This document shows, piece after piece, positions 54,171-63,835 of a DNA stretch of 64,000 bases (within the stretch, counting starts at the first letter, position 1; each line of letters begins with the position of its first letter). Under the pieces are notes generated by a model. It had not been told where the DNA came from. It made no database searches and saw only the letters and a program-made list of their open reading frames with translations. The position numbers were made by a program, and so were the translations under genes. The DNA is from Candidatus Ozemobacteraceae bacterium (lineage in GTDB: Bacteria > Muiribacteriota > Ozemobacteria > Ozemobacterales > Ozemobacteraceae): NCBI GenBank assembly GCA_965140445.1, contig OZ223236.1:192001-256000 (forward strand), read 5' to 3'.

Positions 54171-56930
54171 ATGGAAAAGCTTGAATTCTTAGTATCAACT
54201 GGCATCTCTTTTTATTCACCAGATTATGATTGCCGCTTATCCGATCTTCTTATGCAAAAAATGTGGCACTTTAGAGTTCTTCAGTCACAAAGCGGAGCAA
54301 TTAGCCTTCAACTTGGCTCTAAGCCGATCACAAATGCAAGTTCATCAAGCCAGGGTGATCTATTGGACATTGGTGGTCTTTCGGTTAGATTTCAGGACAT
54401 TTTTGAAGCTAGCCTCGGAAAATGGTTGCCAATGCCTTTTTCAAGAAAAGCTCCTGATGGGAATATATCCAGCAGAAGTGTGGACTGGGCCAGGGTTTTT
54501 CTACACAGATCTCCATTACAAACAGATGAAAATGCTTTTAAATTAGTAATTTCAGTGGATACAACGGTAAATTCAGGAACAAACTCGAATGACAAATCTG
54601 AAAATACAGGACTGTTCCCTGAGGACGTTGGTTCAGCATTCGAGATAAACCCTGGCGCAATAGAATTTTGGCAAACGCCTTCAATGCTTACGTGGATAAA
54701 AAATTCCCTGAAAGGAGTTCCTGCGGAGGGAAGTGAAAATGCTCCTCCGTATGCAGCCTCTCTTGCGGCCTTCATGGCCCTGATGGATGGCTTAAAACAG
54801 GCCGAGATCCTCCCGGAAATCACTTTCCTGTATCCTGAAGGACAGGAAATAGATGTAAACCTTATCCTCGACCTTGGTAATAGCAGAGCATGCGGTGTTT
54901 TAGTGGAACAAGCTCCTGGACAGCAAGTAAGCCTGGACGAATGTTGCAAGCTTGAGATCAGAGATTTGCAGGAGCCTCGCGAAATTTATACAGAACCTTT
55001 TGACACGAGCTTTAAATTTCAACCCCCGCTTTTCCAGGATCCCAAGAATCCAATTCCCGGCAATGGAGAAAAGTTTGCCTGGCCAAGTATTATTCGAGTC
55101 GGACAGGAAGCTGCAAAACTTGAACCTACCGACGTTGGCGACACTGGAATGTCCAGTCCCAAACGATATCTTTGGGACAACAATCAAAAACACTTTCCAT
55201 GGTATTTCAATCTTGCTGATGAGCAACTTGGTAAAAAAATTGGAGCAAATTTTTTAAAATACCTTGATGAAAACGGAATTTTCAAAGGCGAAAATGCTCA
55301 GCCACCTTTTGAACCTTGCTATCCGCCAAGCTCTTTGATGACATTCCTTATACTGGAAATTCTTTGCCATGCGTATGCCCAGATAAACTCTTTTTCATAC
55401 AGAAAATCTCGCGGCCATAGGCTTGCCGGAAGAACTCTAAAAAATATTGTTATAACAACACCTTGCGGAATGTCTTTACCAGAGCGCGATCTTTATTTCC
55501 AAAGAGTTCAATCTGCAATTGATACATTCTTCCAGGTCAACAAAATGCCCGAAGCCAAAAAGCCACAACTTCATTTAGAGTTTGATGAGGCAACGGCCGT
55601 GCAACTGACTTACCTTTATGGAGAAGTTAAACACCACTTTCTTGGCGATGCCCAGGATGCAATAGCCTCTCTGGGACGCGAAAGAACGAATGAGTTCGGA
55701 AGCAGGGAAAAGGTTTTCCGATTAGCCAGTATAGACATTGGTGGCGGAACCAGTGACTTAATGATCGCCGAATACGCCTCTGTTAATGGTGAATACACTG
55801 GAGTAAAACAGAAAATGCTTTTTTCAGAAGGTTTTTCTGTTGCAGGAGATGAAGTCGCAAAGCGAATCATCGAAAAATTAGTGTTAAAAAGAATTTTTCT
55901 ATGGGCACAGGAAAAAAATCCAAATATTGCCTGGGAAGAATTCCAACTCTTCTTTGGACCGGGTAGAGGCGGCAGAGATAAGCATTTTAATGACATGAAG
56001 GCAGAACTTTGCAGACAAGTCTGGATACCAATGGCTCACCGCCATCTGGAGTTTGCTGAATTAAATTCAGATGATCCTGACATAGAATTAAGTTTCGATA
56101 GGTTCTTCCCATACAGAATGCCAGGAGCAAACGTTTTAGATTTCTTTGCTGAACATATGAGGAAAGACTTTGGTTGTGATATAACCCTGCCAGAAATCCC
56201 ATGGGAAATATCCAGAACCAAGGTTAATGCAGTTATTTCAAATGTTCTGGAAAATATTCTGAGAATTTTTTCTGAAGTTATCGCCCAATTTGATTGTGAC
56301 GCACTTATTCTTGGGGGAAAACCTTCTTCACTACCTATAATTCGCGACATATTGATTCGGTTGATGCCTGTTCCTTCCGCCAAAATAATTGGTTTAAAGG
56401 GCTATTCAGTGGGAAATTGGTATCCCTTCTCTCAAAAAGGAGGCGGAATTTCCGATCCAAAAACCACATGCGTAATGGGTGCTGTTGTCTGGCTATTCGC
56501 GGAGAAACTGAATAATCTTGATGGACTAAGCCTGACCACTGATAATAGCATGATTAAACAAAGAGAGTGTTTCATTGGGCCTTTCGATAAAGAAGTAATG
56601 ACTCTTGAAAACAGCCTTTTCCCAACTGAAGGAAATACGCCAGCATCACTATTTGCCACAAAATCAACCCTCCTGGGTGTAAGAAGAATTGATTCAAATG
56701 TTTGCATGGTTAACCCAATCTGGGAACTAAATCTGGATAGGGATCAGCTGAAAGGCAACGGTCCTTTTGAGATAAAAATAGCCCAGGATCAGAGTCATAG
56801 AGAATGCCTGGAAATAGTTGAAATAAAGGATGAAAAAGGAACTCGCTGTAAAGCAGAACATGCCAGATTAAGCCTTCGCACTATGATAAATGACCAATAC
56901 TGGCTTGATACCGGTTGTTTCGATCTATAG
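54171..56930 (+). CDS. srfB: SrfB-family actin/Hsp70-fold ATPase
   Basis: GKWLPMPF, DWARV, LDLGNSRACG, SSPKRYLWD, DEAT, IDIGGGTSD, LGGKPSSLP, DPKTT, YWLDTG. Confidence 0.88.
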   Translation: MEKLEFLVSTGISFYSPDYDCRLSDLLMQKMWHFRVLQSQSGAISLQLGSKPITNASSSSQGDLLDIGGLSVRFQDIFEASLGKWLPMPFSRKAPDGNISSRSVDWARVFLHRSPLQTDENAFKLVISVDTTVNSGTNSNDKSENTGLFPEDVGSAFEINPGAIEFWQTPSMLTWIKNSLKGVPAEGSENAPPYAASLAAFMALMDGLKQAEILPEITFLYPEGQEIDVNLILDLGNSRACGVLVEQAPGQQVSLDECCKLEIRDLQEPREIYTEPFDTSFKFQPPLFQDPKNPIPGNGEKFAWPSIIRVGQEAAKLEPTDVGDTGMSSPKRYLWDNNQKHFPWYFNLADEQLGKKIGANFLKYLDENGIFKGENAQPPFEPCYPPSSLMTFLILEILCHAYAQINSFSYRKSRGHRLAGRTLKNIVITTPCGMSLPERDLYFQRVQSAIDTFFQVNKMPEAKKPQLHLEFDEATAVQLTYLYGEVKHHFLGDAQDAIASLGRERTNEFGSREKVFRLASIDIGGGTSDLMIAEYASVNGEYTGVKQKMLFSEGFSVAGDEVAKRIIEKLVLKRIFLWAQEKNPNIAWEEFQLFFGPGRGGRDKHFNDMKAELCRQVWIPMAHRHLEFAELNSDDPDIELSFDRFFPYRMPGANVLDFFAEHMRKDFGCDITLPEIPWEISRTKVNAVISNVLENILRIFSEVIAQFDCDALILGGKPSSLPIIRDILIRLMPVPSAKIIGLKGYSVGNWYPFSQKGGGISDPKTTCVMGAVVWLFAEKLNNLDGLSLTTDNSMIKQRECFIGPFDKEVMTLENSLFPTEGNTPASLFATKSTLLGVRRIDSNVCMVNPIWELNLDRDQLKGNGPFEIKIAQDQSHRECLEIVEIKDEKGTRCKAEHARLSLRTMINDQYWLDTGCFDL

Positions 56931-56982
56931 ATGAATAATTGAAAATCAAGTTTTCTTGATTTCTTTTAAAAGGAGTTTAATT

Positions 56983-57771
56983 ATGAGTGACAGAAATGAG
57001 CTATTCCCGTTTCCAGAACAATCAGACGGAGAATCTGGTCACTCCGATATAGCTGCCAAAAAATCGCTCCCAAGCTTCCCTGGCTCCGAAAGCTCTTCCA
57101 AGTCAGAGCTTTCTACAGAAGAAATTTTAGAGCTGAGAAAAATTATGCAATTATTTCGCGAAAACTCCTCAGATAAAATCCTGTCCTCGTTTACATCTGA
57201 AAACGAAGATGAAGAAAATGATCAAGAAGAAATTGAGCCTCCAATACTTCCCGCCTTCAATGAATCTTTGACCAATCTCACTGACTCTAGCTTTGATTTC
57301 CAAAAAGAGGCTATTCAATTAATAAAATCGAGTTCCAGTCGAGAAGAATTAGATAAAACAACTTTCGATAACCTTATATCTATCCTGGAAGAAATCAACG
57401 ATAAAAGTCTGTTTTTACACCTATTTACCGCCATAAGCGGTTCTTTTCCAATAAAGCAGTGCTTAAGAAACGGGACTCCAGAACAAAAAATATTTGCGCT
57501 ATCCGCAATTGGGGATCGTTTCTTTCAGAGCATTTCGGGATTAGTTTTTCCACAAAGAAAAAGGCTTATCAAGGCAATCGGCAAATATTTCACTGAAGTT
57601 TCTGTTTCCTTTTCTTTTATTCAGATGGAAGGTGAAAATTTTAATCCCCAATATCACGAAAGAGTTCCTGGTTCATCGGCTACGGGGCGTGTAATAAAGG
57701 AAATGAGGGGTTTCTTAGTTGTGGGAAAAGAAAACAGTCAGATAACTAGAATTAGCCCGGTATTAACATGA
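56983..57771 (+). CDS. Protein with C-terminal GrpE-like beta domain
   Basis: GENFNPQYHERV...GRVIKEMRGF...RISPV resembles GrpE G.xFDP.xHEAV...G.V..V..GY...R.A.V; AGGAG RBS before ATG 56983. Confidence 0.6.
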   Translation: MSDRNELFPFPEQSDGESGHSDIAAKKSLPSFPGSESSSKSELSTEEILELRKIMQLFRENSSDKILSSFTSENEDEENDQEEIEPPILPAFNESLTNLTDSSFDFQKEAIQLIKSSSSREELDKTTFDNLISILEEINDKSLFLHLFTAISGSFPIKQCLRNGTPEQKIFALSAIGDRFFQSISGLVFPQRKRLIKAIGKYFTEVSVSFSFIQMEGENFNPQYHERVPGSSATGRVIKEMRGFLVVGKENSQITRISPVLT

Positions 57772-57802
57772 CCATTTACAGAATAAATCGAGAGGTAAAC
57801 CT

Positions 57803-59074
57803 GTGGGTATTTTAGCAAAAACCAAAACCAGTGGATTCCGCACTTCATTTTTCAGGAATCAGCCGGTTCATGAATTTTATGGCCATTTGCAAGCTGTTAT
57901 GAGAGAAATCTCACCATCAGGCGAGATGGAACACCTTTTTGCAAAACCATTCTTTCCAACTGAAAGTGGCAAGGATGGGCAAGAGATAGAATGGTCAACA
58001 GAGCTATCCGGCTCTCCCATCAAATTTCAGGATTTACCAGAGGCAAAGCAAAAAGATGTAGCAAACCTGCTCACCAACTACATCGAAAAAATTCGAAAAT
58101 ATTCTGACTCAATGCAGAATAAAACTGGAATCCAAAAAGATTATGCAGACTATTTGAAAGCAGTAAGCATGTCTCCAGATCTAAGTCAGATCTTTTTGGT
58201 TGCCGACAGGCCCGTTCTAGTTCATTGGGGATTTATATGTGAAGATGGAAAACACCCTGGACAGGGTATTTATGCTGGCTGGGATGAGTTTGTTGCAGAA
58301 ATAAAACAACCACAAAAAGTCAGGCAGAAGCCCTCTTCGGTAAGCACTCCCCCCGAAAAACTAAACGAGCCAAAAATTCAAGAAGCTCCTATTGAGCCTC
58401 CTAAGGCTAAAGCTGAAAAATCAACAATTCCAGAGGTATTTGCACAGCCACCTGTGGATAAAAAGCCTCAGGAAACTCCTAAAAAAGAAGATCAAAAATC
58501 TGACGATCCTCCCAAACCAGTTGAAAATGACTTAAATAAAGAAAAAGAGATGATTTCATGTGGACTTGGAGCCTACTCATGGGTTAAGTGGCTGGCCATT
58601 ATTTTGGCAATCATTATTCTACTTTTGTTGCTTCTTAAACTTATATTACCAAAAAACCCACTAGCAGGCGGCATGCCGGGAATGTCTGGAATCCCTGGCC
58701 TATCTGGCGGCGGCGGCGGCGGCGGTGGAGGAGGAGGAGATTTATCTTCTCTTGAAAGTCTCCTTGGAGGAAAAGGTGGAAAAGGTGGAAAAGGTGGAAA
58801 AGGCGATTTACCATCTCTCGGAGGTGGAAAAGGAAAAAATAGTTCTAAAGGCTCCCAAAAGGGCTTGTGCCCGCACTGTGGACACTCCATAAGCCAGCCT
58901 ATGAACGGAGAAAAACAGTCTCAATCCGAACCAAAATCAACTGAACCTCCCCTAAAACCAACAGAAGCATCTGAAACAGGTTCAGAGCCTAAAACAGAAG
59001 ATGCCACAGGTATAAATACCAGCTCTGAAGAAACATCAGTAAACGATACAAAATCTGAAAACAAATCAAATTAG
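57803..59074 (+). CDS. SrfA-like membrane-anchored protein (pseudokinase-like N-terminus, TM, Gly-rich tail)
   Basis: LFAKP..IEWS, IFLVADRPVLVHWGF; TM WLAIILAIIILLLLLL; between srfB and srfC. Confidence 0.7.
   Translation: MGILAKTKTSGFRTSFFRNQPVHEFYGHLQAVMREISPSGEMEHLFAKPFFPTESGKDGQEIEWSTELSGSPIKFQDLPEAKQKDVANLLTNYIEKIRKYSDSMQNKTGIQKDYADYLKAVSMSPDLSQIFLVADRPVLVHWGFICEDGKHPGQGIYAGWDEFVAEIKQPQKVRQKPSSVSTPPEKLNEPKIQEAPIEPPKAKAEKSTIPEVFAQPPVDKKPQETPKKEDQKSDDPPKPVENDLNKEKEMISCGLGAYSWVKWLAIILAIIILLLLLLKLILPKNPLAGGMPGMSGIPGLSGGGGGGGGGGGDLSSLESLLGGKGGKGGKGGKGDLPSLGGGKGKNSSKGSQKGLCPHCGHSISQPMNGEKQSQSEPKSTEPPLKPTEASETGSEPKTEDATGINTSSEETSVNDTKSENKSN
58706..58804 (+). repeat. Coding simple repeats: (GGC)6-GGT-(GGA)4 and (GGAAAAGGY)4
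   Basis: Encode 11 consecutive Gly and GGKGGKGGKGGKG. Confidence 0.9.
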
Positions 59075-59128
59075 CAATAAAGTGATTTAGATTATAAATA
59101 TGATCTAAATATCCGCAGGAGATCACAA

Positions 59129-61702
59129 ATGCAGCAAGGGAACCTTCGACCTGAAGAACAAAAAGTAATAAAAATAGCTGACCAGCTAATAGAGCTGTTA
59201 AATAGCAGTTCAGATTGGTCAGCAAGCTATCTGAAAGATTCTCAGATTAGAAAGTTTATGGATAAAATTCTCCATGAGAAGCAGGTCACAGTCAGAAAAA
59301 TCAAAGATTCAGCATATCGTCCCCTTGCATTAGGCGTTTTTGGTGCGAGTCAGTGCGGAAAATCCTATCTGGTTTCGGAGCTAGTGCGCGGTGGCTCAAA
59401 TTCTCTTTCTGTCCTTTTAAATCAAGCTGACCAGCAACCAGTTCCAAGAGATTACCTGGAAGAAATCAACCCTGCCGGAGGCAGAGAAAGCACCGCTATA
59501 GCAACCAGATTCACCACAAGACCATATAAACAAATACCAGGTTGCTCCGCTTATATAAAGCTTTTAAGTACAACTGACCTGATAAAAATCTTTCTGAATG
59601 GTTTCCTGTTTGAATGCCAATCAGACTTTATGCCGTCTTCTGAAGAGCTGCAAAAAATCAGATATTCTTTCAGAAGCTATTCAGGCCGCAACAATGGCCC
59701 CGGTCTGTTAAAAGAAGAAGATGTTTGGGATCTGCAAGACTATGCCAGGAGACATTTTCACAATCAATTTCTCAAAATGCTGGAAGACATAAACTATTGG
59801 GGAATCCTGAATGACGAAGTTCGCCATCTTCCAACCGATCAGCAAATTACTTATCTTGAGTGGCTTTGGGGAAGATTTCCCAAAATTACAGAGTTATTCA
59901 GACATCTTCAAAGCGAATTGGGTTCGATGAGCGGCGAAGTTGTAGGAATCTTTGACGACGCTCTCCTGCCCAGGACCAATAGCATAATTGATGTTCAGCG
60001 ATTATCCCAGCTAATGAAGGTTGGCAATCGCAAATGCCAGGTTGTAAGGGCCGATGGTACAAGAATTGGAGTTGACTCAGCGGTTCTTTGTGCGCTGACT
60101 TCAGAACTAATACTCCAAACTAAATCAATTGATCCAGATGCCCTTTTACAAAAACTGGATGTTCTGGATTTTCCTGGTGCCAGAGCCAGAGCGCAAGTTT
60201 TTGATGTTTCCAGAATTTCTAAAGACCACGATTCTTTAATTGAAGTATTCCTTCGTGGGAAGGTTGCTTACCTTTTCGACCGCTATTCGGATGACAGAGA
60301 TATAACCGGCCTTCTTCTTTGCCAGGAAGGTGGACCACAAGAAGCTAAATCTCTACCTTACATGGTAAACAAATGGGTCGAGTGGAGCCAGGGCAAAGAA
60401 CCCAAGCAAAGGGCTGGGAAACTGCCCCTTCTGTTCCACGTTTTCACAAAATTCGATATGGATTTAATTAGAAAACGTGGCGAGGACCCTTCAGTAAGAT
60501 GGGATAGCAGGCTAAAAACAAATTTTGAGGAATTCTTTGGACGTGTTGGAGAATGGGTTCAAGAGTGGGAAGAAAATAAACCCTTTCAAAATTGTTTCTG
60601 GGTGAGAAATCCAAATGTTCAGCAAACAGTATTTGGAAGAGACAAGGACGGAACAGAGTTTATTCGCGATGAAGAGCAACTGATGCAGATTATGAACGAA
60701 TATCTGGCCAATAATTATGTCCAGAAGCACCTGAAAAATCCAAAAGAAGCCTGGGAAAAAGCAGCTTCGCCAGGACAATCCGGCATCCCATATCTTGTTG
60801 AAACCATAAAAAACAGTATGGATGCCAACACAAAAGTAAGTCAGTTACAAAATAATCTCAGTCTTATTTTTGCTGAGTTGAAAACCCATTTGAACCCTTA
60901 CTTTATTGGTGATGACATCACCAAAGCCCGCTCTCTGGCAGAAGAAAGAGCTAAGAAACGTCTCATTTCTCTTGGAAAAGAAATGGCAACTCGATATTCA
61001 CTCCCACAGATACTTGATCAAGATAAGCTTTCTATTTCTGACAAAACCATAGGAATGATATTTGACTCAGTATTAAACCCGATGGGCACAGATGAAGATG
61101 GTAACGATGCTTCCGGAATCATTCAGTCAGAAACCCCGGTTTTTGAAGAATCAATCTTTCAAATAGTTGAGACTCCAGCAGTAGAGCAAGAAAAAGCCCC
61201 ATCGAAAACCCCTGCAAAAAAAGGCGAAATTTTTGCTCAATCCGTTTTGAATAGATGGCAAAACCAATTGGCTCACCTGACTCAGGATACTGATCTACAT
61301 GAACAAACAGGTCTTACCCCGGAATGGTTTGCCGAGATCACTCAAGAAATTATAAAAGGCGCTTCACGCCTTGACATGGAAAAGCTTATTGCAAATGAAA
61401 GCGACTCTTACTTGAACGCACCTAATGCTACAAAGTTTTTACGAAAAACCTCGGTTAGAGTTGCTTCAATTCTAAATAAATTTATAGTTGAGCTTGGACA
61501 GGAACGCCGTGAAAAACCCATTCCAGAAGGTCCACCAAAAGCAACTCTTTCCGCAAAAGCCTATCCCGGTCTGGCAATTTATCAGCATTGGGCAAGTTCA
61601 TTAATTCAGATGTTTAAAGATAATGTGGCTGAAGCATCTGCAGATGATGAACAAAGCAATATAGCTCTTGAAAGAATCTTAAAAACTAATATAGAAATCT
61701 AG
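59129..61702 (+). CDS. srfC: SrfC-family P-loop (dynamin-like) GTPase
   Basis: GVFGASQCGKSYLVS (G1), INPAGGRESTAIATRF (G2), LDFPGARAR (G3), LRGKVAYLFDRY, TKFD (G4), WVRNP. Confidence 0.88.
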   Translation: MQQGNLRPEEQKVIKIADQLIELLNSSSDWSASYLKDSQIRKFMDKILHEKQVTVRKIKDSAYRPLALGVFGASQCGKSYLVSELVRGGSNSLSVLLNQADQQPVPRDYLEEINPAGGRESTAIATRFTTRPYKQIPGCSAYIKLLSTTDLIKIFLNGFLFECQSDFMPSSEELQKIRYSFRSYSGRNNGPGLLKEEDVWDLQDYARRHFHNQFLKMLEDINYWGILNDEVRHLPTDQQITYLEWLWGRFPKITELFRHLQSELGSMSGEVVGIFDDALLPRTNSIIDVQRLSQLMKVGNRKCQVVRADGTRIGVDSAVLCALTSELILQTKSIDPDALLQKLDVLDFPGARARAQVFDVSRISKDHDSLIEVFLRGKVAYLFDRYSDDRDITGLLLCQEGGPQEAKSLPYMVNKWVEWSQGKEPKQRAGKLPLLFHVFTKFDMDLIRKRGEDPSVRWDSRLKTNFEEFFGRVGEWVQEWEENKPFQNCFWVRNPNVQQTVFGRDKDGTEFIRDEEQLMQIMNEYLANNYVQKHLKNPKEAWEKAASPGQSGIPYLVETIKNSMDANTKVSQLQNNLSLIFAELKTHLNPYFIGDDITKARSLAEERAKKRLISLGKEMATRYSLPQILDQDKLSISDKTIGMIFDSVLNPMGTDEDGNDASGIIQSETPVFEESIFQIVETPAVEQEKAPSKTPAKKGEIFAQSVLNRWQNQLAHLTQDTDLHEQTGLTPEWFAEITQEIIKGASRLDMEKLIANESDSYLNAPNATKFLRKTSVRVASILNKFIVELGQERREKPIPEGPPKATLSAKAYPGLAIYQHWASSLIQMFKDNVAEASADDEQSNIALERILKTNIEI

Positions 61703-61718
61703 TTTGCAAAGCTAAATC

Positions 61719-62504
61719 TTATTCCCAACGTTGCCATTGGGGTTTCTCGGAATAAACGTCCTGATAATACTGCTTTCGTTTTAGCTTAGATGCTGCAGCC
61801 TCGTCCAATAGAACAATGGCATGCTCATGAAATTGCAAAACACTGGCTGGCCAGGTTGCTGAAACCGGGCCTTCAATCATTTCATAAACGGCTTGCGCTT
61901 TATCTTCTCCAAAAGCCAATAAAACACAAGCTCGAGCATCCATAATAGTTCCCAATCCCATTGTCACTACATGGTGTGGAACTTTTTCAAGGCTCCCAAA
62001 ATGCCTGGAATTTGCATGCAAGGTTTCTACTGAAAGCGTTTTAATTCGAGTTCTTGATTTTAAAGAAGACCCCGGCTCATTGAATGCCAAATGCCCGTCA
62101 GAACCTATTCCAAGAAGCTGAAGATCAATTCCTCCGGAAGCTTTTATGGCATTCTCATATTCAGCACACATCGCAGGTATATCTGTTGCCAGCCCATCGG
62201 GAATATTTGTAGATTCTTTTGGAATATCAATATGCTTGAATAAATTCTCGTGCATTTCACTGCGAAAAGAGCAAGGATTATCAGGCCCAAGGCCAACATA
62301 TTCATCAAGATTAAATGCAGTTACCAATTTAAATGAAAGATTTTCTTCTTTGTATTGTCTAACAAGTTCAGAATATAGCTCCAGGGGAGTTGAACCAGTA
62401 GCAAAGCCAAGAACAGCATTATTTTTTTGTCGGATGAGCTTAGAAATAATTTTAGCTCCAAGAATGCTCGCCTCAGTTTTGCTTTTCTTTATTACAACTT
62501 CCAT
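61719..62504 (-). CDS. nagB: Glucosamine-6-phosphate deaminase
   Basis: GFATGSTP, FNLDEYVGL, LGIGSDGHLAFNEPG, PASVLQFH. Confidence 0.96.
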   Translation of the reverse strand: MEVVIKKSKTEASILGAKIISKLIRQKNNAVLGFATGSTPLELYSELVRQYKEENLSFKLVTAFNLDEYVGLGPDNPCSFRSEMHENLFKHIDIPKESTNIPDGLATDIPAMCAEYENAIKASGGIDLQLLGIGSDGHLAFNEPGSSLKSRTRIKTLSVETLHANSRHFGSLEKVPHHVVTMGLGTIMDARACVLLAFGEDKAQAVYEMIEGPVSATWPASVLQFHEHAIVLLDEAAASKLKRKQYYQDVYSEKPQWQRWE

Positions 62505-62557
62505 AAATCCCCTGATTTGCAGTTAAAGCCAAATTTATCTTTTTCGCTTTTTTGACT

Positions 62558-63547
62558 TTAGTCCAAAGTAGCCCACTTAATAATGCTTTTGGCTCTCCAT
62601 GGCAGTGACATAGAATTGGTTTTTCTTAAATGTGTATGAAACTTTTCAAGTTCAGCAAATTTTTCTGTTCCTGCCTTTTCTCCTAGAATTACTTTAAGAG
62701 AAACTCTGCTGAGGGTGTACCAGGAATAAATGAAATATCTAAAATGTTTGGAGGTTAAGGTATTAACTTCGGTAATATCCTTTTTCCCCATTTTAAGAAG
62801 TTCCTTATGAAATTGAGGGCGAATTGCACGGGACAAATTCTGAATGCCGCTAGAAACACAATTAGCACCAAAAATATTGTATTTCTGAAAAATAACCTTA
62901 TCACCAATTTCTGGTTTTTCTCCACGTAAAGCTCTAAGATTAGTCATTGCCGCAAGCCTTGAACTTTCTTCAGCATGCGCTAAGAAAAATAGCTCCAAAT
63001 CAACTTTTTTGGTATCCAGGCGATGACGGAGTTTTTTTTCAATTGGCCCTTCTTTTGTGTAATGCTCTATTGTGCAAGTTCTCATCTGGATAAGCTGAAA
63101 GCCAGAAATTGCTCTTGGATCAAAAGCCATTTCAGGACCAGTACCCATAACCAGCCCCTTTGAAAAAATAGATTTCTTACTTTTACTTGTCAGCCTGATT
63201 CCCCTGTCTTTAAAATGAAACAGAGTCGCAAAATGAAAAGCCCCAGGACAAATTGGCATATTCAAGATCTCTGCGCTTTCAAGATCCTCAGGCTTAATAG
63301 TTGCTAAATATAAATCGCCTTCATGCAAAATGTTAAGCAATATTATTGAATTATCTTTACCGGTAACCGCAATAGTAGGTCTTCTATCATCTGTTGGAAG
63401 CAAAAGCCTTTTCGAGTATTTGTTCTTGATGAAAGTATTTTTTATTTTCGTCTCTAAATCAGTTGACCATGGATCAAAGCTGGCAAAAGCCATAACTCCA
63501 TGAGCCAACAAAAAAATTGTTAGAAAAAATGAGCAAATTCTTTTCAT
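62558..63547 (-). CDS. Exported protein, possibly DUF4105/Lnb-like Cys-His enzyme
   Basis: Signal peptide; AFHFATLFHFKD and YNIFGANC. Confidence 0.5.
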   Translation of the reverse strand: MKRICSFFLTIFLLAHGVMAFASFDPWSTDLETKIKNTFIKNKYSKRLLLPTDDRRPTIAVTGKDNSIILLNILHEGDLYLATIKPEDLESAEILNMPICPGAFHFATLFHFKDRGIRLTSKSKKSIFSKGLVMGTGPEMAFDPRAISGFQLIQMRTCTIEHYTKEGPIEKKLRHRLDTKKVDLELFFLAHAEESSRLAAMTNLRALRGEKPEIGDKVIFQKYNIFGANCVSSGIQNLSRAIRPQFHKELLKMGKKDITEVNTLTSKHFRYFIYSWYTLSRVSLKVILGEKAGTEKFAELEKFHTHLRKTNSMSLPWRAKSIIKWATLD

Positions 63548-63835
63548 GGGTACAATCCTAAAACTTGTTTGTATAAAGATTATAAGGATTTTACAATCAG
63601 CTGGCAATTCCTAATAATAGTTTGAAAGTTTTATGGCAATTACAAAACTATTCATAAACAGCTTAAAAACATCCATAAAATTGAGAAAATCTATAGGGTT
63701 CAGAACAAAATTGAACGCTTTTATTGTCCTGGGGTAGATTAGAGACGCAAACTAATTTTTATTTTTCCTTATTTCCGAACCCCAGAAAAATATGCTACAA
63801 TTTTAGTCTACGACGTAATCTTAGAGGTGTGAGAA

